From NCBI GenBank assembly GCA_951406725.2, contig OX597828.1:47058001-47122000 (forward strand): DNA of 64,000 nt. Reading direction: 5' to 3'. The position numbers and the translations under genes are program-made. Shown here piece after piece: positions 12,908-24,754 of this stretch. This DNA is from Octopus vulgaris. Taxonomy: Eukaryota. The notes beneath the pieces are model-generated. The model made no database searches and was not told the DNA's origin. It worked only from the letters and a program-made list of their open reading frames with translations. Numbering within the stretch: position 1 is the first letter of the stretch; each line of letters opens with the position of its first letter.

Positions 12908-13626
12908 GTCGTGGTCTGAGAGGAGAGTTTTTCGACTGAAATGCTGTGAACGTAGCTAGAGTGATTGGTCAGTACCAGATCCAAGATCGTTTTATTCTGT
13001 CTCGTTGGTTCAAGCACTAGCTGAGTCAGGAAATACTCATCCATCAGATTAAAGAGCAGTTCTGCTGCTGCCCTATCTGATGTAGAGCACTTGCCTAACT
13101 TCGGAGTATTTGTGGGCCAGTTCACATGAGGGAGGTTAAAATCACCCATCACTATTATGTTTCCGGAGTGGTACTTCCGAAGGAAGGACTTGACTTTGCT
13201 AAGGCACTCTTCAAAGTACTTTAGAGGTGCCTGGGGAGGCCTGTAAAGACCAACAATGGTTATGTCCTTGGCTTTGTTGTATACTGATACCGATTCACAG
13301 TAGCCATTGGAAAATGTGTCCTTGGCATCAAGTGAAAAGGAGTCATGGATAAAGATGGCTGTCCCTCCCTTATTTCGGTCTGTGCGATCCGCACGAACAA
13401 TGGTGAAATCTTTTATTTTCACCTCTGCGTCCATATGGGTGTTGTTCAGGTGAGTCTCGGTAAGGATAAAGAAAGGGAAGCAATGTGCCATTTCGGCAAG
13501 CCAACTCTCTATATATGGGATCTTCCATTTTTGGGCAATAATTGATGGGTTGATGCCACGTACATTTAACAGGAATGTCGAGGTAAGGGAAGTTGGTAAT
13601 GGGTGAGTGGTCCTTGTGATTTGCAT
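12874..13626 (-). CDS. LINE ORF2 apurinic-like endonuclease domain
   Basis: NVRG, LTETHL, YRPP, MGDFNLP, PTR..ILDLVLTN; the SDH motif lies in the RT frame, placing a frameshift near 12925. Confidence 0.9.
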   Translation of the reverse strand: MQITRTTHPLPTSLTSTFLLNVRGINPSIIAQKWKIPYIESWLAEMAHCFPFFILTETHLNNTHMDAEVKIKDFTIVRADRTDRNKGGTAIFIHDSFSLDAKDTFSNGYCESVSVYNKAKDITIVGLYRPPQAPLKYFEECLSKVKSFLRKYHSGNIIVMGDFNLPHVNWPTNTPKLGKCSTSDRAAAELLFNLMDEYFLTQLVLEPTRQNKTILDLVLTNHSSYVHSISVEKLSSQTTTWYSAILIPDV

Positions 13627-13836
13627 AGATGGTTGGTGATGGTTCGCTGGATCTCCTGGCTTAGGTCGGCCTTCATATTTTCCAGGTATGTCAGTAAAAA
13701 AGAGTTACTTGTTTGGTTTGCCATATATATATATATATAACATATATATATATATATATGTATATATACGTACATACATACCTATACATATATATATATA
13801 TATTTTCGTATATATATATATTTTCGTAAACCTTCC

Positions 13837-13885
<49 letters not shown>

Positions 13886-14007
13886 TATATACATATATAT
13901 ACAGATATGCAGGAAATAAATAGACACCTATACTTTTCAAAATCTTTTATTTAATATATATATATATATTTTCGTATATATATATATATTATTTTCGTAA
14001 ACCTTCC

Positions 14008-14042
<35 letters not shown>

Positions 14043-14082
14043 CATACATATATACATATATATATCGATATACATATATATA

Positions 14083-15085
14083 CAGATATGCAGGAAGTAA
14101 ATAGACACCTTTACGTTTCAAAATCTTTTATTTAACACGCAAAGAGAACATTTGAAATGTAATCGATAGGTAGGGCTACATGCTTTAGTATTTAGCTGAA
14201 ATTCCCTTTGCAGTTTTTTTATTCAGAAACTCTTTTTGGTGTTGAACCGATGAGCTTTGTAATTTTCCCGCAACAATCGAAACAATTCATCTTCAGATTT
14301 AGATTTCTGTAGAGTTTTTCGGATAGCTTTCAGAGTTTATAGTTCCAACACATTCGATCAGCTCAGAGCGACCATTGCTGGTGAGAGCTCCCCATACCAC
14401 TACAGAGATACCACCATTTTTCTCAGTTGGTTGGAGTCGTTTCAAATCAAATTCTTGATTGGGAAGCCTCCAGACCCAAACACGTCCACTGTCCGAAAAT
14501 AATGCGAATCTAGATTCATCTGAGAAAATCACTCTATCCCAAAATGAAGTTGATTTTTCTGCCATCTCCTTAGTCCATTTCTTTCTTTTCATGATATTAA
14601 TTGGTTGAAGGAGAGGTTTTCTTCTAGTTGCTTGTCCATAATACCCAAGCTTATGCAGATATGTAAGACACGTTCTTGGATTAGCTTCTAATTTTTTTCC
14701 AATGTTAGAAGTCTTCGAACGGGGTTCATTTTCCAGAATTCTCTTCAAATAGCGAAGCTTACTTTCCGAGGGCCCAGGTCGGCCGGGACGAGAATCTGTT
14801 GATATATTTCCATGGCTTTTGAATTGCACTATAATTCTATTAACAGTAGCAAGAGAGATTTGAAGATTTTCGGCAATTTTTCGCTGGCGAAGACCATCCT
14901 AAGATTACCCAACAGTACGACCTCTTTGAAAATCTGACAGTTCTGCTGAATTGTTTGTGCGTGGCATGGTTATTCTTCGCAAATGTTTAATACAATGTCA
15001 CCTGGAATGCAAAAGAATAATTACATAGTAAATTCTACACCGCTGAGAACATATTAGGACGCTTAGATCAGAAATTTTTAAAATT
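14083..15085 (-). mobile_element. Decayed Tc1-like transposon; one terminus (TA-CAGATATGCAGG...) at 14083; transposase pseudogene ~14967-14186
   Basis: [26 protein letters not shown] motifs; stops and a deletion remove the rest of the DDE triad. Confidence 0.85.
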
Positions 15086-15094
15086 ATATATATA

Positions 15095-15263
15095 CAGGAG
15101 TGGCTGTGTGGTAAGTAGCTTGTTTACCAACCACATGGTTCCGGGTTCAGTCCCACTGCGTGGCACCTTGGGCAAGTGTCTTCTACTATAGCCTCGGGCC
15201 GACCAAAGCCTTGTGAGTGGATTTGGTAGACGGAAACTGGAAGAAGCCTGTCGTATATATGTG

Positions 15264-15360
<97 letters not shown>

Positions 15361-15575
15361 TTGTGTGTATATGTTTGTGTGTTGACAACCGATGCTGGTG
15401 TGTTTATGTCCCCGTCAGCTAGCGGTTCGGCAAAAGAGACCGATAGAATAAGTACTGGGCTTACAAAAAGAATAAGTCTCGGGGTCGAGTCGAGTTGCTC
15501 GATTAAAGGCGGTGCTCAAGCATGGCCGCAGTCAAATGACTGAAACAAATAAAAGAGTAAAAGAGTAAAAAGAGT
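15095..15575 (+). mobile_element. SINE family A
   Basis: Full match to the family. Confidence 0.9.
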
Positions 15576-15594
15576 ATATATACATATATATATA

Positions 15595-16041
<447 letters not shown>

Positions 16042-16225
16042 TGTGTGTATGTATATATATATATATATATATATATACAATAAAAGCAATTAAGATTCAA
16101 GTCAATTCTAATGAATTTACTTGAATGCGGTACTTAACTTAGATGCACCAGAAAACTATATGGTGTTAACCATACAGTAATGTGGGGTGATTATAAACGA
16201 GAAAGAAGCAACAAGAATGGATTAG

Positions 16226-16318
16226 TTTTTAGTACAATTGTTTCATACAAAGACAGGCTTTATTAAAAGTTGCAAATATTGTAGCAGATAAAAGTGTCCC
16301 GTACTCATCAGCTAAAAC
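16226..16318 (-). ncRNA. Type-I hammerhead ribozyme (left arm)
   Basis: TTTTAG-CTGATGA-GTAC...GTAT-GAAA-CAATTG-TA-CTAAAA: perfect 6-bp stem I, canonical core, GUA site. Confidence 0.85.
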
Positions 16319-16944
16319 ACATATGAGTTCTCCAAACATCTTAGTGGGTGAGGCTATACTCATGAAGTATTGGAGATAATTTCATTAAAAGCAGATTTAG
16401 GTTGTAAACAGACTTCCGAAGTTCTTTAATGATGATGCACAGTCTTATCACAGGTTTTTAAAAAAGCTTATTAGCTTCACAGAGAAGGTGAATTAATCCG
16501 TAGTGTAGATGTAAATTTCCAGAGATATGAGGAGGAATTTCATACTCACAGACGATGAATTTATCCATGGTTAATCCACAATGAGGTGGGTATAATTTCA
16601 TGCTATATGATAAGGTATTTGTCACATTACTGTAATGTGACAAATACCTTATCATATAGCATGAAATTATACCCACCTCATTGTGGATTAACCATGGATA
16701 AATTCATCGTCTGTGAGTATGAAATTCCTCCTCATATCTCTGGAAATTTACACCTACACTACGGATTAATTCACCTTCTCTGTGAAGCTAATAAGCTTTT
16801 TTTAAAAACCTGTGATAAGACTGTGCATCATCATTAAAGAACTTCGGAAGTCTGTTTACAACCTAAATCTGCTTTTAATGAAATTATCTCCAATACTTCA
16901 TGAGTATAGCCTCACCCACTAAGATGTTTGGAGAACTCATATGT

Positions 16945-17037
16945 ATTTTGGCTGATGAGTACGGGACACTTTTATCTGCTGCAATATTTGCAACTTTTAA
17001 TAAAGCCTGTCTTTGTATGAAACAATTGTACTAAAAA
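16945..17037 (+). ncRNA. Type-I hammerhead ribozyme (right arm)
   Basis: TTTTGG-CTGATGA(16952-58)-GTAC...GTAT-GAAA(17019-22)-CAATTG-TA-CTAAAA. Confidence 0.85.
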
Positions 17038-17100
17038 CTAATCCATTCTTGTTGCTTTTTTCTCGTTTATATATATATACATATATACATACATATATAC

Positions 17101-17155
<55 letters not shown>

Positions 17156-17213
17156 TACATACATATATACATATGTATACAAATATATATATATATATGT
17201 ATGTATTATCTAT

Positions 17214-17267
<54 letters not shown>

Positions 17268-17290
17268 TATTATCAATCTATATATATATA

Positions 17291-17490
17291 AAGTTAATCC
17301 AAACAAGAAAACAAAAAGACAACAACGCAAGGACGTGGAACAAATAAAGTATTATTGGACGCTCAGGAAAGAAGGGAAGAAGGGGGTTTGACGTTTCGAG
17401 CGGAGCTCTTCGTCGGAAACATAGGAGAAGGAAAGATCCCGAGAAGGGAAGACAGAGGAAAAAAATCGCTAGTGATACAGACGAGGTCAT
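17291..17490 (-). mobile_element. Family P1 element with minimal hammerhead-like motif at 17386-17420
   Basis: GTTT-CCGACGA-A-GAGC tcc GCTC-GAAA-CG-TC-AAAC; stems I and II paired, GUC site. Confidence 0.65.
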
Positions 17491-17494
17491 ATAC

Positions 17495-17700
17495 TAAAGC
17501 TCCACGAGGTTCTGGCAGGGGGTGGTGGCGATGCTTACTGTACTCTTTCGCCACAACTTTCTCTCACACTTTCTTCTGTTGACCTGCTCGCTTAGCCAGT
17601 GGGGTGGCGTCACTTGAAGGCTAAAACAATGCAAAGCTCATTGTGACCAGCGATGTGTAGCAACATCTGATAGCCTGTTCGGTCACGGTGATCACGGATA
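17495..17700 (+). mobile_element. SINE body C with tail Y, 5'-truncated
   Basis: Matches 8408-8643. Confidence 0.8.
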
Positions 17701-17701
17701 T

Positions 17702-17772
<71 letters not shown>

Positions 17773-18147
17773 CTCCAAATATGAACAAAGACAAAAAAAA
17801 AGCGACGCGAGGACGTGGAACAAATATAGTATTATTGGACGTGTCTTTTTTCTCTTTATATATGTAAATAAATGTATATAATTAAGGATGAGATCGTTAA
17901 TTTAATTATCGATCAGCATGAGAATAAAAAGCTTCAAAGCTAATAATTATTATTAAAATTAGTAATTTTTTGCTAGTTCATCTAGTCCTTCGTCTTCTCT
18001 CCTAGTGCTGTGTGAACATTATAAGTGGTTAATTTCACGAGCAGACTGTTCCGTTGATCGAATCAACTGGAACACTCGTCGTCGCAACTAACGGAGTACC
18101 AGTATAAAGTCTTCTCGTTCAGGATTAACCAGACAGAAAGAACACGG

Positions 18148-18750
18148 AGGCGAGCTGGCAGAATCGTTAGCACGCCGAGCGAAATGCATAGCCTTATTTC
18201 ATCTGCCGTTACGTTCTGAGTTCGAATTCCACCGAGGTCGACCTTGCCTTTCATTTTTTCGAGGTCGATTAAATAAATACCAGTTACGCACTGGGGTCGA
18301 TATAATCGACTTAATCCGTTTGTCTGTCCTTGTTTGTCCTCTCTGTGTGTAGCTCCTTGTGGGTAGTAAAGAAATAAGTATTTCGTCTGTCTTTACGTTC
18401 TGATTTAAAATTCCGCCGAGGTCGACCTTACCTTTAATTTTTTCGAGGTCGATTAAATAAGTACCAGTTACGCACTGGGGTTGATATTATCGACTTAATC
18501 CGTTTGTTTGTCCTTGTTTGTCCTCTTTGTGTTTAGCCCCCTGTGGGTAGTAAAGAAATAGGTAATTTCGTCTGCTACAACGTTCTGAGTTCAAATTCCA
18601 CCGAGGGCGACTTTGCCTTTCATCTTTTCGGGGTCGATTAAATAAGTACCAGTTACGCACTTGGGTCGATATAATCGACTTAATCCGTTTGTCTGACCTT
18701 GTTTGTCCCCTCTGTGTTTAGCCCCCTGTGGGTAGTAAAGAAATAAGAAA
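18148..18750 (+). mobile_element. Tandem trimer of SINE family B
   Basis: Three ~190-bp units joined at gtagtaaagaaata(a/g)gta(a)tttcgtctg. Confidence 0.9.
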
Positions 18751-19494
18751 GAACACCTGCCATAACTGCTGCTGCTGCTGCTGCCGCTTTTACTACTACT
18801 ATTATAATCAAAGAGCCTATACGTGGTCGTTGCACTTACAAGAAATAACAGGGAATTATCCCTTAAATTATACACCATTCCTCCACCACCACCACCACCC
18901 TGCTTAGCTGGTCTTACAAATACAAGAGTAATATGATAGACAATAAATAAAGCCCCAGATACCCAGCGGACAAAATTAAAAGGCAGAATTGTCATGTTTG
19001 GAATGCCTTTGACTTCAGATCTGTACGGTCAGTACTGAACTGGCAGTTAGCCACAAGAATAACACCTCCATCACTACTACTACTATTCCTACTACTACTA
19101 CTACTACTACTACTAATTGACATAATATGAACTACGATAACAGATGCAAAATCGGGATTTTAATTCGGTTAGGTGTCATAGCGGGGTCATGTGTCAGAGT
19201 TTGCGGGGTCATATGTCGGAGAGAGGTCAAGAGTTGCGAACAGAGAAGTTAATCAAGGTTACAACAATGGAATATGGGTGGCTAATGGGGTAAGGATAAG
19301 AGCCGTAACCGAATTCCTCTAGCTTACTTAGCACGACGTGTCAACTATCTAGGCAAATCGGTCGATCATATGTGAAGGTAGGCGGAGGTGGTTGGGGTAT
19401 AGGTAAGAGGTGACGATAGATAGATTCAGAGAGAAAGAGAGGGGTAGGTAGTGGGGGGAAATGGGGGAGAATTAAGGGGGCTAGATAGATGTAG

Positions 19495-19495
19495 C

Positions 19496-19561
<66 letters not shown>

Positions 19562-19594
19562 CCATACACAGATAGTAAATAAATAAATAAATAA

Positions 19595-19662
<68 letters not shown>

Positions 19663-19670
19663 ATAGATAG
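19495..19670. repeat. (GATA)n microsatellites
   Basis: Direct reading. Confidence 0.95.
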
Positions 19671-19997
19671 AGAAACAGGTAGGCAGATAGGTTGGTAGGT
19701 AGATAGGTAGGTAGGTAAAGAGACAGAAAGACAGATATATGGTTATATATTACCTGGTTACACTCATACATTACACTCACCGTCTCTTTTTTTCTCTCTC
19801 TCATTCATTCTCTCTCTCTCTCTCCCCTGCTACAGATGTATGTGTGTGTGTGTGTGCGTGACAAATATAGTGTATATACATATGTATATAATGAGTGTAT
19901 AAACATATACACACATATACACATATCATTATACGTGCTGCGTGATATTATTTTATCGCTTTTCTTTCTGTCCTTGCATATATGTACTTCCATTGTT

Positions 19998-20310
19998 CAG
20001 TTTTATTCGAAGATTTCTTGGCAATAGAGAAAGAGCTGGTTTCTAACCTAGATTCAAGGTGCCTTCATTGGAATTTCAACATCAACAACAGGGTATTTTT
20101 GTTTGTATGCATGTATATGTGCAGAATTGTATGTTTTGCAATTAAATTATTATTCTCATGCATATAGTTGCATATCTAGACACGCTCATATATATTTAAA
20201 TGATAAACTTCTGGAGAGTTTTAGATTTTTATAGTTCCAGTGATGGCTTGGACCTGTAATCTTCGAATTACCTTTCTCTTTTCTGGTTTTGAGAAGCCTA
20301 ATTTCTCAAG
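19998..20310 (-). mobile_element. 3' end of an R4/Dong-like (RLE) LINE
   Basis: Reverse complement homologous to 53950-54310 (KLGF...ITGT.KI.K). Confidence 0.7.
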
Positions 20311-20324
20311 ATTGGTATTTAGGT

Positions 20325-20600
20325 AGCTCATAAGGGCCGGTTTCCCGGTTTCCTTGGCGTATAGGTTTCCCACCTGGACGAGACGCCGGTCTATCGCAAG
20401 TGAGCTGCAAGATGCAGGAGGAAAGAGTGAGAGAAAGTTGTGGCGAAAGAGTCAGCAGAAGTTCGCCATTACCTTCTGCCGGAGCCGCATGGAGCTTAGG
20501 TGTTTCGCTCATAAACACACATCGTCCGGTCTGAGATTCGAACCCGCGATCCCTCGGCCGCGAGTTCGCTGCTCTAACCACTAGGCCATATGCCTCCACA
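20325..20600 (-). mobile_element. SINE head C with tail X variant
   Basis: gtggaggcatatggcctagtggttagagcagcgaactcgcgg...gaaaccgggaaaccggccc. Confidence 0.8.
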
Positions 20601-20669
20601 GATATATACATACATATAGCTAATTAAAAAGTCTCTATAAGAGATGAAACCAGCAACTATACTGAGAAC

Positions 20670-20958
20670 TAACGGTTATCAGCACTTAAACATGTATATT
20701 CCGTAAGAACTGACGATACTACCATTTTAACCCTAGGAGGCTTCCGATAGCTGGTTATTCGATGCAACTGCGCCCGATATATATTGCAAACAAGGTACTG
20801 AACCCCTACCTCCTTCCAGCCACGAGATCACCCGACTGTACGGTTTCGAGCTCTTTGTGTTCATCGTCGAATAACCAGCTGGAAGAGGCGTCCCCCGAGG
20901 TTAAAATGGTAGTAACGTCGTTTCTTACGGAACAGACATGTTTAAGTCGCGATAACCA

Positions 20959-20962
<4 letters not shown>
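20670..20962. mobile_element. MITE-like foldback element with ~95-bp imperfect inverted arms
   Basis: ggttatc..acttaaacatgt..ttccgtaagaa..tactaccattttaacc..agctggttattcga mirrored at 20860-20960. Confidence 0.75.
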
Positions 20963-21007
<45 letters not shown>

Positions 21008-22030
21008 TTGGAATTTACAAAAAAAAACAAAGGACGAAGATGTGTGTGTAAACAACGAAAAGATGTATTAGTTTAACACTCGGGAAGTGAGAAAGTCTTT
21101 AACGTTTCGAGCCTCTGCTCTTCAACAGAAAGGAACACAGAAATAAGCAGTGAGAGAAAATAAAAAAAAGGTTTAGTGGCTAGTAATCAATCACGGCGGA
21201 TGCCGGACAGAGGTTGACAGACAGGAGAGCTAGGAAGAAGGAGAGATAAAAAAGTAGTGGTGATCTCGAAACTAAGGTGCGCGTGCGAGTGTATGTGAGA
21301 GCGTGTATGTGAGTGTGGATAAGGGCTGGTGACCTTGACATGTGCGTGTGTACATGTGTGTGTGGATGATGGTGTGGGTACGGAGTAGTGTGATGTGGTG
21401 TGGGTACGGAGTAGTGTGATGTGGTGTGGTAGTGTGTTTGGTGTGGTGGTGTGTGATGTGGTAACATGTTGTGTGGTGGTGTGTAGTGTGGTATGGAGTG
21501 TGTGATGTGGTAGTGTTGGGGTGTGGGGAAGGCGAGGGTAGTGGGAAGCAAGGGTGGGGTGTTGGTTAGGGTGAGGCTGGGGATAGGGTGGGGTATGTCG
21601 GGTGGAGTGTGAGGATGGCGTGTGAGGGTAGCGTGTGAAGGTGGAGTGCGAGGGTGGATGAGGTATGTGGAAGTGGAATGTGTGGGATGAAGTGGGAGTG
21701 GGGTGGGAGTGGGATGGGATGTATAGGGATGGTAGGGTGGGAATGTGCAGGGGTTGGGTAACGATGGAGGGTGACGATGAAGAGAGAGGGTGGAAGAGAG
21801 AAAGTAGGTAGAAGTGAAGAGAGGAAATAGGTGTCAGAGCAAGAGAGGAGAGGTGAGTAGGAGTGAGAGGAGGAAATAGGTGTGAGAAGAAGAGAGGAGA
21901 GAGGAGGGGTTAGATGAAGAGGGGGGATGGTTGAGACCATGTGTTTCAAAGGAGCGAAGAGAGAAGATTAATTCTTGTTCGCGGCGAAGACGGGAGTCCA
22001 GATGGCACCTGTGTAAGGACAATCTATCAA
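21008..22030 (-). mobile_element. Penelope-like element 3' fragment: GIY-YIG C-terminus, low-complexity UTR and pLTR with hammerhead-like motif (21097-21132)
   Basis: Translates DSRLRREQELIFSLRSFETHGLN (PLE RxxRExxxIxxLxxxxPxGLN-type end); motif CTTT-CTGTTGA-A-GAGC agag GCTC-GAAA-CG-TT-AAAG. Confidence 0.75.
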
Positions 22031-23278
22031 AGGGTACCATCTATCAAATAGTACCCTCGGATGTACAATACTACAGGGTGCCATTACGTAAGACCAAATT
22101 AACAATATCTATGGGCAGCCAGTCGCAGCACACAAACAGTCTGTTGGCTTGTGAGACCTTCAGGCAGTTGACCTATCTGGCCATGTCTTTAAACAGTACT
22201 GCTTCTCCGCAACATGTCGACCTGATATAAACTTAAGTGTTCTTTGGTGCATACATGAAACGTGGTTGCGAAGGAAACTTCGCAACCACGTTGTTAACAG
22301 TTCCACCCCATTACACAGTACCTTTTCACCTTGAGCAAGTGTCTTCGACTACAGCTCGGAGCCGACCGATTTCTTGTGAGTGAATTTGTTACACAGAAAC
22401 TCTAGTTGCTATCATTCCATTTTCAAGACGTTGGCGTGTAATTTGTGATAAGATATTTAACTTCTATATCTAGCAAATCGAGCGCCCACATTAGACGCTC
22501 CGCTCCTTTTGTTGGCTCATTTACTGTTCTCTTTTTTTTTTCACTTTTTTTTTTTTACAAATTGCTGTTCTCAGCACCACCGACAATAACAAGAGTCAAA
22601 CGCACATGCAAACTAATACATACGCATACACAGGCGCACGTACACACACACACAGAAACTCACTACATAAATTATTGATGACAGCATTGTAATAAATATT
22701 TATCGTTGTGAATCTCAAGAGTGCTCAACAGGCGCTTTCGATAATTTATTGACCTAATAACGTGGAATATACAATAGCTACTATCCATGGGAGCTGTAGT
22801 CGTTAAAAGTATTTGATTACAGTTTTCTCTTGATGGAATAACAATTAAAAAAAAAAATAATGAAAAGCTAACACACAAAAATTGAAATTAAATAAGTCGC
22901 GTGATGTAAATTATCGCAACTTCCGATTATAATATAACCCGTTATTTACTGGTTGAGCCACCCATGATAATTAATTTTATTTAAAAGTCGAACTAGGACT
23001 AGGTTAAGAATGCTGGGTGGTGATGGTAGTGGTGGTGGTGGTGGTGGTGGTGGTGGTAGTAGTGACGGATGTGTGTGTGTGTGTGTGTGTCTGTCTGTCT
23101 GTCTGCCTGCCTGTCTGTGTCCTGGGTTTTTTGTCTTGTTTACAGTATTTGGCACGACGTGGAACCCAGAATTGTAATCCCGGAACTATGAAAACTACTG
23201 TAATTTAGTTGGGTGAAAACAAATCCGGTGCGCAGAATTAGTAATAGCAACAACCGCAGTAGCAACAGCAGCAGCAGC

Positions 23279-23318
<40 letters not shown>

Positions 23319-23349
23319 ACTTCAGAAGCCGCAACAATAATGGTAATAA

Positions 23350-23675
23350 AGGAGCACTCCGTCGGTTTCGACGACGTGGGTCTCATCTGATACGACCAAC
23401 GGAACAGCTTGCTCGTGAAATTAACGTGCAAGTGACTGAGCAATCCACAGACACGTGTACCCCTGACTTAGATCTCAGGGAGATTCAGCGTGACACGGAG
23501 TGTGACAAGGCCGGCCCTTTGAAATACAGGTACTACTCATTTTTGCCAGCTGAGTCGACTGGAGTAACGTGAAATAAAGTGTCTTGCTCAAGGACACAAA
23601 GCGTCGCCGGGAATTGAACTCGCGACCTTACAATCGTGAGCCGATTGCCCTAACCACTAAGCCACGCGCCTTCAC
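23350..23675 (-). mobile_element. SINE head D, CORE-like centre, tail Z
   Basis: gtgaaggcgcgtggcttagtggttaggg...ccttgagcaagacact...acctgtatttcaaagggccggccttgtcac. Confidence 0.85.
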
Positions 23676-24078
23676 AATAGTAATATAAACGGCAATACAA
23701 ACTACGACAGCAGCAGCAATCGCAACAACTTCTACTTCTGTTCCTGCAACATCTGCATCAACAAAATTAACAGTAGTATCAGTGGTAACAGCAAGAGTCA
23801 CAACAGAAACAGCAGCAATACGAACAACAACGAAAAATTATCAGCAGCATCGACAGCGCCCTCAGTAACAACCGAAGAGCAGCTTGAATAGCTGCATCAG
23901 CAACAACGACACAAATAACAGTAGCTTGACAACAATATCAACAATCTAACTACATAGTATCGTTTTGCTGTACGAAGAGTTTTGTGAGAAGATGATAGGA
24001 AGTAGATCAAAACTTTGATCGAAAGTCAGATAACAATATCTAATATAACTGCAACACCAGTTTTGTTCAATAATGTCA

Positions 24079-24379
24079 TCTATATATATAAAAGAGAAGT
24101 TGTGTGGTGTCTGTCTCCTACGATTTAGATTCCTAACTACTCCCACATTTTGCGGTGCAGTTTAACCAAAAGCGGGTATCTTATAGTCGTGATTCATATC
24201 GAGCCCTTCTGGATATTAGCGCGCGTCTACGATGAGTCTACGATTAAAAAAAAAATTTACCATCATTTTTTCCATTTTTAATGCATTTTTTTGCTATTAT
24301 ATAAGGGAATTAACTCTCTAAAAATGCTTATATAGTTATTTCCCTTACAAACCCGAGCAAAGCCGGGCGATACTGCTAG
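24079..24379 (+). mobile_element. Non-autonomous Helitron
   Basis: A|TC 5' end, subterminal hairpin cccgagcaaagccggg, CTAG|T 3' end, no TSD. Confidence 0.8.
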
Positions 24380-24634
24380 TACTAGATATAAATTGACACC
24401 GGTATTTATAAAATGAAAACACTGGAAGAACGAAGTCTGCCAAATGAAGTATTACGGTTGGCAGTTGTAAGTCAGTGATTCAACGTTTTTAGGCGAAACT
24501 CAGAGAAAACAAAACTGAAGCATAGGGAGGCCGTAGGAGTATATATCGCAGATACTTGTACCTAAATCAGAAACTATTGTTATTATCACCACCCTCTTCG
24601 TCGTCATCATCATCATCATCGTCGTCGTCGTTGC

Positions 24635-24668
<34 letters not shown>

Positions 24669-24754
24669 TCAGTCTAATTGTCATTGTAAATGACTGAGGC
24701 TTTCCTTTCTCTGTCTCTGTTGCTTCACTCCTTTTCTCTACGGTTAAGAGAGTG

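Larger units (their letters stand above)
10510..13722 (-). mobile_element. CR1-group LINE, 5'-truncated, inserted in (TA)n
   Basis: APE and RT ORFs; 3' stem-loop gacc-aatctct-ggtc and a repeated atctaagttttat tail; second 3' fragment at 42188-42510. Confidence 0.92.
16192..17071. repeat. ~880-bp near-perfect palindrome (two ~440-bp arms, 1-nt centre at 16631); inverted PLE pLTR-like duplication
   Basis: Centre gtcacattac-t-gtaatgtgac; arms are reverse complements with few mismatches; mirrored ORFs in the track. Confidence 0.95.

Noticed and set aside
16458-16837. Mirror-image 72 and 83 aa ORFs
   Set aside because: Consequence of the palindrome; no domain similarity
18148-18750. Regularly spaced repeats resembling a CRISPR array
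   Set aside because: Whole ~190-bp units repeat without unique spacers; eukaryotic context and no cas genes
22680-22990. TAAT/TGAT-rich unique island as a possible homeodomain enhancer
   Set aside because: Such motifs are expected by chance in AT-rich DNA; conservation data needed
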